This document shows, piece by piece, positions 33,139-43,650 of a stretch of DNA of 64,000 nucleotides (position 1 is its first letter; every line of letters starts with the position of its first letter). Both the position numbers and the translations under genes were made by a program. The notes below the pieces were generated by a model. It was not told the DNA's origin. It worked only from the letters and a program-made list of their open reading frames with translations, and ran no database searches. Origin of the DNA: Veillonella sp. (GTDB lineage Bacteria; Bacillota; Negativicutes; Veillonellales; Veillonellaceae); the NCBI RefSeq assembly GCF_015058545.1, contig NZ_SVCB01000073.1, positions 2,494-66,493 of the forward strand. Direction: 5' to 3'.

Positions 33139-35615
33139 TCAGATGTATTGGCCGGTGATGCTGTTTTGGTTGTTTTTGATGTCTGAAGGCGTGCCTTCAG
33201 CAACGATTTGGCCGCCTGCTTCACCACCGCCCGGGCCCATGTCGATTATGTAATCCGCATTTCGGATTACGTCGAGGTCGTGTTCGATGACGATAACGGT
33301 GGCCCCATTGTCCAGAAGGGCCTCAAATACGCCCAGTAGGACTTGTACATCCAATGGATGTAAGCCAATTGAAGGTTCATCAAAGACAAAGACGGAGTCT
33401 GATTGTGTTTTGCCAATTTCACTGGCTAATTTTAAACGCTGCGCTTCACCACCGGACAGACTTGGTGTTTCCTCAGCCAAGGTCAGATAACCAAGACCTA
33501 GTTGTTTCAAAATGTTCAACTTTTGATGAACACTTTTCATATCTTTACAAAACTCGATGGCTCTGTTTACATCCATTGCCATTAGTTCCGGCAAAGAAAT
33601 GGCCGCACCGGATTTATTTTCGATTTTTATATCATAGGCTTCCTTGGCATAGCGCGAACCGCGACAATCGGGGCAAGGTATATTCACATCAGGCAAAAAT
33701 TGCACATCGAGGCTTACCTGCCCGGTCCCATCACAGCCGGGGCAACGCAGGGAGCCGGTGTTATAGGAAAAGGCCCCCGCCTTATAGCCTTTTTCTTTTG
33801 CCGCGTCAGTTTTGGCAAATTGCTTACGCAATTCATCATGTACGCCGGCATAGGTAGCAACGGTGGAACGCACATTAATTCCGATTGGGGTCGCATCAAT
33901 GAGTTTTACATGGGCAATCCCCTCCGCTTCAATCGCGCGAATATGATTCGGCAACACATTGCCGTTAGTAGAGGCCTCCAAGGCAGGCACCAGGCTTTCC
34001 AACACCATGGTAGTTTTACCGGAACCGGACACACCGGTAATAACCGTAAGTCGCCCCTTGGGAATAGTCACTTCAAGCGGTTTTACAGTATGAATCGCTG
34101 ACGTTGACAGATGAATCGAGCCATGAACAAACATATCTTTTGGGGCAGCCTGACTGCGAACCTTCGTGTCAATTTTACCGGCAAGAAACGGCCCGATTTG
34201 GGACTTTGGATTTTTTTCAATAGCAGAAATATCCCCTTCGGCAATTACATACCCACCGTTAGCTCCAGCCTCCGGTCCCATTTCAACAACCCAATCGGCT
34301 TCTTTTAAAATCTGGGTATCATGGTCAACGAGAATGACAGAATTGCCATCCGCCACAAGATCGTGCATTACGCCGTTCAAGCCCACTATATTTGACGGAT
34401 GCAAACCGATAGACGGTTCATCCAGCACATAGAGAACGCCCGTCGTGCGATTACGCACGGCGCGAGCGAGTTGCATACGCTGGCGTTCACCCGTCGACAG
34501 GGTAGCCGATGCTCGGTCTAAGCTCAGATACCCCAGACCTAAATCTATGAGTCGTTTGGCCGTACTCTGAAAAGCCTCACAAATACTATCCGCCATAGGC
34601 TTCATTTCTTTTGGCAAACTACCGGGCACAGCCTGTACCCAAGTAACCAGTTTGGAAAGGGTCCAGGTACAAGCGACATCTAACGAAATTCCTTGGATTT
34701 TGGGTGCCCGAGCCGCTTCTGAAAGGCGTGTGCCGTGACAGGTCGGACTATATCCTCTTTTAAAAACTTCGCCACCCGCTTCATGCCTTTTTCGTCCTTA
34801 ACTTTTGCCAGGGCATTTTCAACAGTGTAAACCGCGTTATAATAGGTAAAATCCACCTCACCAGCTTCATTCGAGCTCTTTGATTTATAAAAAATATGCT
34901 TTTTCTCAGCCGGACCGTGATAGACAATTTCTTTTTCGGCATCCGTCAAATCTCGAAATGGTACATCCGTACGGACGCCCATGGCACGGCACACGTCGGT
35001 CATTAACGACCACATCAAGCTATTCCACGGTGCCACAGCTCCGTCGTCAATGCTAAGCGATTCATCCGGCACCAAACTCGCCATATTCACCGTCCGAACA
35101 CTGCCCGTACCGCTACAAGTTTCACAAGCGCCTTGTGAATTAAAAGCCAACTCTTCTGCGGATGGCGCATAGAAATGAACACCACATTCAGGGCAAATAA
35201 GTTCTTTTTCAGCAGCCACAGCTAAAATCGGCGCCAAATAATGACCGTTCGGACAGCGATGACTGGCCAGCCTCGAGTACATGAGACGCAGACTGTTTAA
35301 CAACTCCGTACCTGTCCCAAAAGTACTGCGGATTCCCGGCACACCGGGCCGCTGATGCAAAGCCAACGCCGCCGGCACATATAAAACCTCATCCACACTT
35401 GCTTTCGCAGCCTGCGTCATGCGCCGCCGCGTATACGTTGACAACGCCTCCAAATAACGACGAGACCCTTCCGTATACAAAACGCCAAGTGCCAGCGAAG
35501 ACTTGCCGGAACCCGATACCCCTGCAATCCCGACAATCTTCCCCAACGGAATATCTACATCAACATTTTTAAGATTGTGAACCCTTGCGCCACGAACCAA
35601 TATCTTATCAATCAT
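33139..35615 (-). pseudogene. UvrA-like (class II) ABC ATPase, 825 aa if restored, split by a 1-nt deletion near 34749
   Basis: [25 protein letters not shown] and LSGGEAQRLKLA motifs; restoring T in ATA(T)GT gives the zinc finger CPTCHG and joins both ORFs. Confidence 0.85.
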
Positions 35616-35813
35616 AAAATCACTCCAAACTCTTTCCCCTTACACATCATTATATATCTAACTATCTAATTGAAAATATCATCTCACATTAAAATACACT
35701 TTTAATCAAGCTAATCATTCCATTAAAACTAACCATCTGCCCTCAGTATAATAAACTCACCCAAGTAAATCAATCCAACAGATAATTTCCTCCTCCCCAC
35801 CCTTTTGGCGGAA

Positions 35814-36098
35814 GGGCGGCGAGAAATAAAAAGGCCGTATCTATACGAGCGCTTTAGCTATTCGAGATTGGAAGTGCGCTGTGAGATGAGGGTGTTGCTC
35901 TGAATTACACTAACACAAACAAAAGACCGCCTATCTCTTATGAAGCGACTTTTGCTGCGTGCAGCCCAGGAGCAAATAAGAGATAGGCGGTCTTTATTTA
36001 GTTGTAATAAGAAAATCCCTCATCTCACAGGAGCACTTCACTAACGATAGCTCTGCGCCGATAAGATACAACCTTTTTATTTTTTACGCGCTACGCCC
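35814..36098. repeat. ~285-bp segmented palindrome overlapping the malic enzyme 3' end
   Basis: 35922-35941/35976-35995 (20/20), 35879-35892/36017-36030 (14/14), 35824-35834/36072-36082 (11/11). Confidence 0.85.
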
Positions 36099-37252
36099 GT
36101 TTTCACGGCCACTTCTGCAACGGCTTTAGATACTGCGAGCGGAACGCGTTCGTCGAATGCGTCAGCCACTACATAGTCTTCACGAAGGTCTTCGTCAGCT
36201 ACGAGGTTAGCCAAAGCATCGGCAGCAGCCAATTTCATTTCATCATTGATTTTGGATGCGTGAACATCGATGGCACCGCGGAATAAACCAGGGAATACGT
36301 TAACGTTGTTAATCTGGTTTGGCGCGTCACTGCGGCCCGTACCCATAACGCGTACGCCGGCAGCTTTCGCATCGTCATACATAGCTTCCGGATTAGGGTT
36401 AGCCATGGCAAATACGATAGAGTCTTTTGCCAAGTTTTTCAAAATTTCAGGTGTGAAGGCACCGGCTGCGGATACGCCGAGTAATACGTCTGCGCCTTTA
36501 GCCACTTCAGCAAGGGTACCGGTCTTTTCTTCCTGACCTAACAATTGGATTAATTCAGCCTGCAAAGAGTCAAGGCGTTTATAGTTTTTGTTGAGTACGC
36601 CGGAGCTTACCATCAAGGTAATGTCGCGAGCGCCTGCAAGGTATAAAAGACGGGCAATGTTAGCACCGGCTGCACCGGCACCGTTTACAACGATTTTAAC
36701 TTTGCTCAAATCTTTTTTCACAAAACGAAGAGCCGCTTTAACGCCTGCAAGGCAAGCAATGGCTGTACCGTGTTGGTCGTCATGGAATACAGGAATTTCC
36801 AATTCTTCTTTCAAGCGGTTTTCAATTTCGTAGCATTTAGGCGAGGAAATGTCTTCTAAGTTAATGCCGGCAAAGTTCTTCTGTAATAATTTAACCGTGC
36901 GGATGATTTCTTCCGTATCTTCCGAATCAATTACGATTGGCACGCAGTCTACATTACCGAAACGTTTGAAAAGTAAGGATTTACCTTCCATTACCGGCAT
37001 AGCAGCGGCTGCCCCGATATTGCCAAGCCCGAGTACACGAGTCCCGTCAGATACAACTGCCACCATATTACCGCGGCAAGTTAAGTCGAAAGACAATTCT
37101 TCATTGTCTTTAATGCGAAGGCAAGGTTCAGCAACACCCGGTGTATAAGCTACGGATAAATCGTGAGCATCCTTCAAAGGATATTTTGTGCCGGTTGTCA
37201 AAAAGCCGCCTAATTCTAATTTCTTTTGTACTGCTTCTTCGCGTACGTCCAT
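36077..37252 (-). CDS. NAD(P)-dependent malic enzyme
   Basis: AYTPGVA, VLGLGNIG, INLEDI, FHDDQHGTA and NGAGAAG motifs. Confidence 0.95.
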   Translation of the reverse strand: MDVREEAVQKKLELGGFLTTGTKYPLKDAHDLSVAYTPGVAEPCLRIKDNEELSFDLTCRGNMVAVVSDGTRVLGLGNIGAAAAMPVMEGKSLLFKRFGNVDCVPIVIDSEDTEEIIRTVKLLQKNFAGINLEDISSPKCYEIENRLKEELEIPVFHDDQHGTAIACLAGVKAALRFVKKDLSKVKIVVNGAGAAGANIARLLYLAGARDITLMVSSGVLNKNYKRLDSLQAELIQLLGQEEKTGTLAEVAKGADVLLGVSAAGAFTPEILKNLAKDSIVFAMANPNPEAMYDDAKAAGVRVMGTGRSDAPNQINNVNVFPGLFRGAIDVHASKINDEMKLAAADALANLVADEDLREDYVVADAFDERVPLAVSKAVAEVAVKTGVARKK

Positions 37253-37353
37253 GAGTATTCCCCTCCTGTTATAGTTTACAATCGGTAGTTTGCTTTCGCA
37301 AAAATTGATTTCACGGCTTGCATGAAGTCAATTTCTACCACAAAACAGCTACA

Positions 37354-38136
37354 TTACTGTTTTAATGTCGGTAGATTTCTACCATAAAAAATTTCTGCCA
37401 TTTCCTGTTTCAATAATTGGTTAATGTGTTTACGTTCTTTTGGTGTCAAATCGTCTTCCGTAATACCGAAAAGGTAATTATTGATGTCATATTCTTTGAG
37501 CATCATTTTTGTATGGAAGATGTTTTCCTGGTACACATTCACATCAATCATGTTATACAAGTTTTTGGTTTTTGCATCAATATAATTCTGGATTGAGTTG
37601 ATGCGGTGATCAATATAAAGTTTTTTGCCTTGTACATCGCGTGTAAAGCCACGAACTCGGTAGTCAAGGCTGATAATGTCCGAATCAAAACTGCCAATCA
37701 AGTAATTTAAAGCTTTGAGTGGCGAGATTTGGCCGCAAGTGGACACGTCAATATCCGCACGGAACGTGCTGATACCGCGGTACGGATGACTTTCCGGATA
37801 GGTGTGAACCGTCAAATGGCTTTTGTCCAAATGGCAAACCACATCTTCCTTCTGAATTTCTTCTTCAGAAATCAAAATCGTCACACTGGCGCCCTGCGGA
37901 TCATAATCCTGCTTGGCCACGTTAAGTACGTTAGCACCAATAATATGAGACACTTCTGTCAAAATATCCGTTAGCCGTTGTGCATTATACACTTCATCAA
38001 TGTATTCAATATACTGCCGTTTTTCAGCTTCGGTATTCGTATAGCAAATATCATAAATGTTAAAGCTCAATGTTTTCGTTAAGTTGTTAAAACCGTATAA
38101 TTTCATCTTCTTAATCGGTTTCACGGATGTCTCCAT
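37354..38136 (-). CDS. speD: S-adenosylmethionine decarboxylase proenzyme (E. coli-type)
   Basis: [24 protein letters not shown] self-cleavage site; STCGQISPL. Confidence 0.95.
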   Translation of the reverse strand: METSVKPIKKMKLYGFNNLTKTLSFNIYDICYTNTEAEKRQYIEYIDEVYNAQRLTDILTEVSHIIGANVLNVAKQDYDPQGASVTILISEEEIQKEDVVCHLDKSHLTVHTYPESHPYRGISTFRADIDVSTCGQISPLKALNYLIGSFDSDIISLDYRVRGFTRDVQGKKLYIDHRINSIQNYIDAKTKNLYNMIDVNVYQENIFHTKMMLKEYDINNYLFGITEDDLTPKERKHINQLLKQEMAEIFYGRNLPTLKQ

Positions 38137-38278
38137 AATATTTTGTACACCTTCCTCATTCAATACTTAATCCTATATTTTATTATATCGAAACTCTTCG
38201 TCGCATTCAATACTTTCGATATCTTATTTTATAATATTCATGTAAAAATCTAATTGATAATCGGCCTCTATGTAAATT

Positions 38279-38812
38279 CTACTTAATAACCGGCGGTTCC
38301 CAAGGTTGTTCTTTTAGGTAATAGAATTGGCCTGTGAAAAAACCGTCTTCATAGGTGGCTACCGCAAAGGTGCCGCCCGATTTATCCCGCGGCAAGGCGG
38401 GACTTCCCGGATTGATAAAAAGCCCATGTCCGTCACTATATTGAGCGTGGTAATGACTATGTCCCGCAACACACAAGGTGGCCCCCATACTTTCACCCAG
38501 TGACAAAACTTCTTGAATGCGGTTATAGGGCAAAAACTGGTCGCCGTGGATCATATAAATATAGGTATCCTTAAAAGGGATAAGTTGTTCCCGTGGTTCC
38601 AACGGTTTTTGTCGGTCATTATTACCGCGCACGGCAATAACCGGCACCTTAGTTTGCTGCGCCATATAGCGCGCATCATCACCATAGTCGCCGGCATGTA
38701 GCCATAGTTCGATAGGCCAATCGGCAGTAGCTTCCAAAATTTCATCAATCTTGTTCAAATAGCCGTGAGTATCGCTTAGAATTCCTACATGACTTATTGA
38801 CTCTGCACTCAT
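38279..38812 (-). CDS. YfcE/YsnB family metallophosphoesterase
   Basis: SDTHG, HAGD, VRGNND, GHSH and NPGS motifs. Confidence 0.9.
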   Translation of the reverse strand: MSAESISHVGILSDTHGYLNKIDEILEATADWPIELWLHAGDYGDDARYMAQQTKVPVIAVRGNNDRQKPLEPREQLIPFKDTYIYMIHGDQFLPYNRIQEVLSLGESMGATLCVAGHSHYHAQYSDGHGLFINPGSPALPRDKSGGTFAVATYEDGFFTGQFYYLKEQPWEPPVIK

Positions 38813-38951
38813 ACAGCCTCTCTTTCCTTTTTCTTTATTTCTATCCTTTTTTATCTCATGTTTTTTATTTTTTGTTTTTAGCTTTTTATAGATTTTATGT
38901 TTCTAGCTTTTATGTTTCTATGCTTTTTCTATGTTTAGTTATTTATGGTTA

Positions 38952-39533
38952 TTACTTTAACTTTTCCAATAGGTCTTTAAGGGCCAAACCACGATGGCTG
39001 ATGGCATTTTTCTCTTCCATGGAGAGCTGAGCCATCGTCTTTTTAAATTGTGGTAAGTAAAAATACGGATCGTAACCGAAACCACCGTCACCTACCGCAT
39101 CAGTCTGTATTAAACCTTCACAATAGCCGGTCGCATTTAGCTCACGGCCATCGGGATAAGCCAACACGAGCTCACATACGTAACGAGCCGTTCTTTTTTC
39201 AAAAGGAACATCCTTAACCGATTCAACGAGTTTCTGATTATTCGCTTCATCATCGCATTGAGGCCCCGCATAGCGCGCGGAATATACACCGGGCGCACCA
39301 TCCAATGCATCAACGGCCAGACCGCTGTCATCAGCCAAACAAGGCAGGCCGCAAGCCTTCATGTAATATTGGGCCTTAATGCGCGCGTTTTCTAAAAAAG
39401 TGGTCCCCGTTTCTTCCGGTTCCGGCACGCTCACCACTTCGCCAATGCTGACCGCTTCAATGCCAACGGTTTGAAGAGCTGCCTTAAATTCACGCAACTT
39501 CCCCTTATTATGGGTTGCCACAACGATTTTCAT
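38952..39533 (-). CDS. rdgB: dITP/XTP pyrophosphatase (HAM1 family)
   Basis: ATHNKGK, DDSGL, GFGYDP and SHRG motifs. Confidence 0.95.
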   Translation of the reverse strand: MKIVVATHNKGKLREFKAALQTVGIEAVSIGEVVSVPEPEETGTTFLENARIKAQYYMKACGLPCLADDSGLAVDALDGAPGVYSARYAGPQCDDEANNQKLVESVKDVPFEKRTARYVCELVLAYPDGRELNATGYCEGLIQTDAVGDGGFGYDPYFYLPQFKKTMAQLSMEEKNAISHRGLALKDLLEKLK

Positions 39534-39577
39534 ATATGACTCCTACCAAAATCTCATACTTTGATACGTTTTATAAC

Positions 39578-40315
39578 TTATGCGCCGGTTCCGATATATT
39601 TGGCTTCCTCACCGAGTGCTTCTTTTTGAGCTGCCATCAACGTATCGGTAGCCGCTTCGGCCAAATCGAGCAACGTATTGAGCTCGATGCGGCTGAAGGT
39701 GCCGTGTTCACCGGTGCCCTGCACTTCGATTAAATTGCCGGAGCCCGTACGAACTACGTTCATGTCCACGATAGCTTGGCTGTCTTCTTCATAGCACAAA
39801 TCGGTAACCGGACCTTCTTGACCGATACCTACGGAAATAGCCGCGCAATAATCGCGAATCGGGTACATGCCTTCACCGCTATACATGGTGTTCACCGCAT
39901 CAACCATGGCTACAAAAGCGCCCGTAATAGCAGCTGTACGCGTACCGCCGTCAGCCTGCAACACATCACAGTCGAGGGTAATTGTTTTTTCACCAAGAGC
40001 TTCAAGGTCTACAACGGCGCGCAAAGCACGACCGATAAGACGCTGAATTTCTACGGTACGACCGGTCTGTTTGCCTTTGGCCGCTTCACGGCTGTTACGG
40101 GTTTGCGTAGCACGTGGCAACAACGAGTATTCCGCCGTTACCCAACCGCGACCTTCTCCCTTCATAAAACGAGGCACTTTTTCTTCGATAGTGGCATTAC
40201 AAAGCACCTTCGTATTGCCAAATTCAATTAACACCGAACCTTCTGCATAGGCCGTAAAATGGCGTGTAATTTTAATCGGCCGAACAGCCTTTGGATTTCT
40301 TCCGTCAATTCTCAT
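39578..40315 (-). CDS. rph: Ribonuclease PH
   Basis: [15 protein letters not shown] and [12 protein letters not shown] motifs. Confidence 0.95.
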   Translation of the reverse strand: MRIDGRNPKAVRPIKITRHFTAYAEGSVLIEFGNTKVLCNATIEEKVPRFMKGEGRGWVTAEYSLLPRATQTRNSREAAKGKQTGRTVEIQRLIGRALRAVVDLEALGEKTITLDCDVLQADGGTRTAAITGAFVAMVDAVNTMYSGEGMYPIRDYCAAISVGIGQEGPVTDLCYEEDSQAIVDMNVVRTGSGNLIEVQGTGEHGTFSRIELNTLLDLAEAATDTLMAAQKEALGEEAKYIGTGA

Positions 40316-40449
40316 GTTTGTCACTCCTAGCGGTTTTGTCATTCCTATTTATATTCATTTTCTATTATATCATATATTAAGGCTCTCTCATTATAGGCTT
40401 TTTACCTATATAATATCCAAATATTCTGCACGTCAACAGTCATAGTACC

Positions 40450-41775
40450 TTACAAGTCCTCCTGCACATCCTTCATAGGATCCACCACCACATAACGGTC
40501 CGCGTTACCGGCTTTCTTAGCGGCGAGGGTTGCGTCATAAGCATCTTTACGGCATTCCTCATCGGCCTGCCATGGAATGAACGTAGCATACACATGTTGT
40601 GAACCGAATGGGCCGCCATCGCTGCGAGAATCAATGCTCATATACCCCACCTTGTCCGGATAGAGGCGGATTTTTTCATCGCGGTATTCGGAGATGCCCG
40701 TTTCATCATAATAAATCTGACGGCGATCCTGCCAATAATCGCCTAAGCCTAATAAAGCATCCACTTGCATTTCATGGCGGCGATGCCACTGGTCCGCCCA
40801 TTTTCGGATAATATCATCAATGCGGCGCGTTACATCCGGACGCTGACGGTTCGTATCTTCGTCAAAAGCCGGTTCCACTACTTGGCTGTAATCAAGGCCC
40901 GCCATGGACAAAACAATCCCTGTATTTACATAAGGCAACGCTTCCTGCACGGAATAGCCGCCTTCGAGAACAGCAATATCGGCTTTCAAAATATCCGTAA
41001 GTCGTGCATAGCCTTTAGCGGTAACCATCATATTCGCCAGAGGATCGCTGAAGTGATTGTCCTGACCGGCTGAGTTAATAACAATATCCGGTTTAAAATC
41101 ATTGAGCATAGGCATAACCAGATTCTGTAATACTTTGAGCATGCCTTCATCGCCCGTGCCCGGTGGGAGCGGAATATTTACGGTTGCCCCGACCGCTTGA
41201 GGCCCGCCGTATTCATACATGAAGCCTGTCCCCGGATATAAGGTACGACCGTCTTGATGGAAGGAGATAAATAAAGTGTCAGGATCATGATAAAAAATAT
41301 CCTGTGTCCCGTCACCATGATGCACGTCCGTATCGACGATGGCGATGCGACGCACGCCGTAATGACGACGAAGGTAAGCAATCATAATGGCTTCCACATT
41401 GACCGTACAGAAGCCGCGAATGCCGTGCACCATTTTCATCGCATGATGTCCCGGCGGACGTACCAGCGAAAAGGCCCGCGTTACTTCACCGCGCATAACC
41501 GCTTCAGCGGCGGCAATGGCACCGCCAACCGATACACGATGCGCTTCGGTGACCCATTTTTTGAGTGAAGGTGCCCCCACATGGACCCGTTCTATGTCCT
41601 GCCACGAAGCTAATAACGGATTATATTCTTTAATAGCCGGATGTTCCAAAAGGCCTTCTTCCAAGAGTTGATCGCGCGTATATAACAAGCGTTCCTGCCG
41701 TTCCGGATGGGTCGGCGAAATTTTCCAGTCAAAGGCCGGGAAAAATACGAGGCCCAAAGTATTCTTATTGTACAT
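40450..41775 (-). CDS. Histone deacetylase / acetylpolyamine amidohydrolase superfamily protein with C-terminal extension
   Basis: HPE, RPPGHHA, DVHHGDGTQ and LEGGY motifs. Confidence 0.9.
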   Translation of the reverse strand: MYNKNTLGLVFFPAFDWKISPTHPERQERLLYTRDQLLEEGLLEHPAIKEYNPLLASWQDIERVHVGAPSLKKWVTEAHRVSVGGAIAAAEAVMRGEVTRAFSLVRPPGHHAMKMVHGIRGFCTVNVEAIMIAYLRRHYGVRRIAIVDTDVHHGDGTQDIFYHDPDTLFISFHQDGRTLYPGTGFMYEYGGPQAVGATVNIPLPPGTGDEGMLKVLQNLVMPMLNDFKPDIVINSAGQDNHFSDPLANMMVTAKGYARLTDILKADIAVLEGGYSVQEALPYVNTGIVLSMAGLDYSQVVEPAFDEDTNRQRPDVTRRIDDIIRKWADQWHRRHEMQVDALLGLGDYWQDRRQIYYDETGISEYRDEKIRLYPDKVGYMSIDSRSDGGPFGSQHVYATFIPWQADEECRKDAYDATLAAKKAGNADRYVVVDPMKDVQEDL

Positions 41776-43477
41776 ATTCACTCACCCCCGGTTCCAATTG
41801 AGCTTTCACGGTAATTAAACGATGCATGGACTGCCAACCTTCAATAATCGGCACGTCCTCCACCGAAATAATATGTCCTGACGGCGCATTCGTAAGGCCT
41901 AAGTCGCCTGCCGCCTTTTGCAAATAGTCTAACGCTAACGACTCCGCTTGCGCCGCTGTCTGTACCGATCTTTGTTTTTCGTGAATGCCTAATTCCGGTA
42001 CCACTAAAATTCCTTTAGCCGTGTCCACATGAACCGTAAGCATCAAGGTTTCACGAGCCACCGCGGCACCTACCGCATTGGCTACCGGTGCGTTCTGCGG
42101 AATCTGAACCGGCAAGGCTAAGCGTTCACTTACAAATGGAGCCAGCGTTACGGCTGTACCGCCTACGGCTACCAGTTTTTCCGGTTTGAAAACCTTCGGT
42201 TCTACAATATCCCGAACTACATAGATAGGGAGCTTATTTTCCCGTTGCACCGAAGCGGATATGCCGTCAGTAATTACCGTAACAGCTGCCGCTACAATAT
42301 CTTTGGCCAACGCCATAACAGCATCTTTATCGGTACTTACAGTCGAATTGCCTGCACCGGCCACCGACCCGGCTACGTATTCTTGAGGTGCTTTTTTCAA
42401 CAAATCAGCCAACCCTTGCCAAGCCTTAGCCGAGTCGCCATAATCAGCTTTGCCTAACACGATGAGGGCGTCCCCTAACGTCGGCACGGTACCGCCCAAC
42501 ACGAGGGATGGGCCCAATCTCTCAGGGCCTACAATCAATTGGCCGTTTTCATCAAAAGCAACGGCCGATTCGCCGCCGATGCCTACGGAGCTTACCGCAA
42601 AGGAGCGTACGGCGCTTGGATAATTACGTATCATCGCACCGCCGCGAGCCATCATAGGCACACCGTTTTCCCACAACGAAATATCGGTAGTAGTACCGCC
42701 CATATCGAGGGCCACGGTCATATCTTTAGGCATAGAGCGAAGGGCCGCCATTCCCAAAACACTGGCAGCCGGTCCCGTAAAGGCCGTTTCAACAGGGCTT
42801 GCCTTCATTCGTTCTAACGGCAACGAACCGCCATCGGCTTTTAATATGTATATCGGTGCCGTCAAACCATAGCGCGCCAAGGCTGCTTTAACGGCTTCAC
42901 TGAAGTCTTCAAAGGTTCCCTGCACGGCACTGTTAAAATACGCACTGACGGTACGGCGCGGGAAGTTTAAGGAACCGCTTAATTCGGCACCCGCCGACAC
43001 TGTTTCATAGCCGGCTGCCAATAATTCTTCTTTTAAGGCTTGTTCCAATTTTGGATTACGCACACTGAATTTAGCCGATACAGCGGCTCGTGCATTTTGT
43101 TTTTCACCGGGAATTTGGTCCAATTCACGCTGTCGCAAAGGCGCTGCCAAGGAACCACGATGGTCCGTATAACCGCTAAGTACAATCGGTGTTACCGGCA
43201 GCATGGAGCGAATATCCATGCCCGGCCCCGGAATCACATATAAATCAACCGGATCAACTTGATTCATAACGAGTGCATTCGTTACAATCGTCGTGGACAA
43301 AGTCACCCGTGTCACCTTTGAAGGCTCAATAGCAGTCGCTACACCGGCCAAAGCGGCTTCAATACCTTCCATCAAATTTGGTTTGGTGGTGCGGCATTTA
43401 TGACTTTTCAAAATCCGTCCCTCAGCTACGACTACGGCATCCGTAAAGGTACCGCCTACGTCAAGACCTACTAACAT
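41765..43477 (-). CDS. Hydantoinase/oxoprolinase (HyuA-like) family protein
   Basis: GLDVGGTFTD, TGPAAS, DMGGTTTD and ANAVGAA motifs. Confidence 0.9.
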   Translation of the reverse strand: MLVGLDVGGTFTDAVVVAEGRILKSHKCRTTKPNLMEGIEAALAGVATAIEPSKVTRVTLSTTIVTNALVMNQVDPVDLYVIPGPGMDIRSMLPVTPIVLSGYTDHRGSLAAPLRQRELDQIPGEKQNARAAVSAKFSVRNPKLEQALKEELLAAGYETVSAGAELSGSLNFPRRTVSAYFNSAVQGTFEDFSEAVKAALARYGLTAPIYILKADGGSLPLERMKASPVETAFTGPAASVLGMAALRSMPKDMTVALDMGGTTTDISLWENGVPMMARGGAMIRNYPSAVRSFAVSSVGIGGESAVAFDENGQLIVGPERLGPSLVLGGTVPTLGDALIVLGKADYGDSAKAWQGLADLLKKAPQEYVAGSVAGAGNSTVSTDKDAVMALAKDIVAAAVTVITDGISASVQRENKLPIYVVRDIVEPKVFKPEKLVAVGGTAVTLAPFVSERLALPVQIPQNAPVANAVGAAVARETLMLTVHVDTAKGILVVPELGIHEKQRSVQTAAQAESLALDYLQKAAGDLGLTNAPSGHIISVEDVPIIEGWQSMHRLITVKAQLEPGVSEYVQ

Positions 43478-43624
43478 AGGAACAACTCCTTTCCCTAAGC
43501 TCCGCCATTTAATAGCAATAATACGTTAACTATATCATTGATACATCAAATATATATCTAAAAACTCTCAGAATTGCTTACAAAAAAACTCTCTATCTAT
43601 AGTTTAACAAGGTTTTTAACAAAC

Positions 43625-43650
43625 AAAAAGAGGCCCTAAGGCCTCCTTTT
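43625..43650 (-). terminator. Terminator after the murI operon
   Basis: GAGGCC-CTAA-GGCCTC flanked by A/T runs. Confidence 0.65.

Noticed and set aside
38797..39030. Phe-rich 77-aa ORF
   Set aside because: Translation of a T-rich low-complexity repeat spacer.
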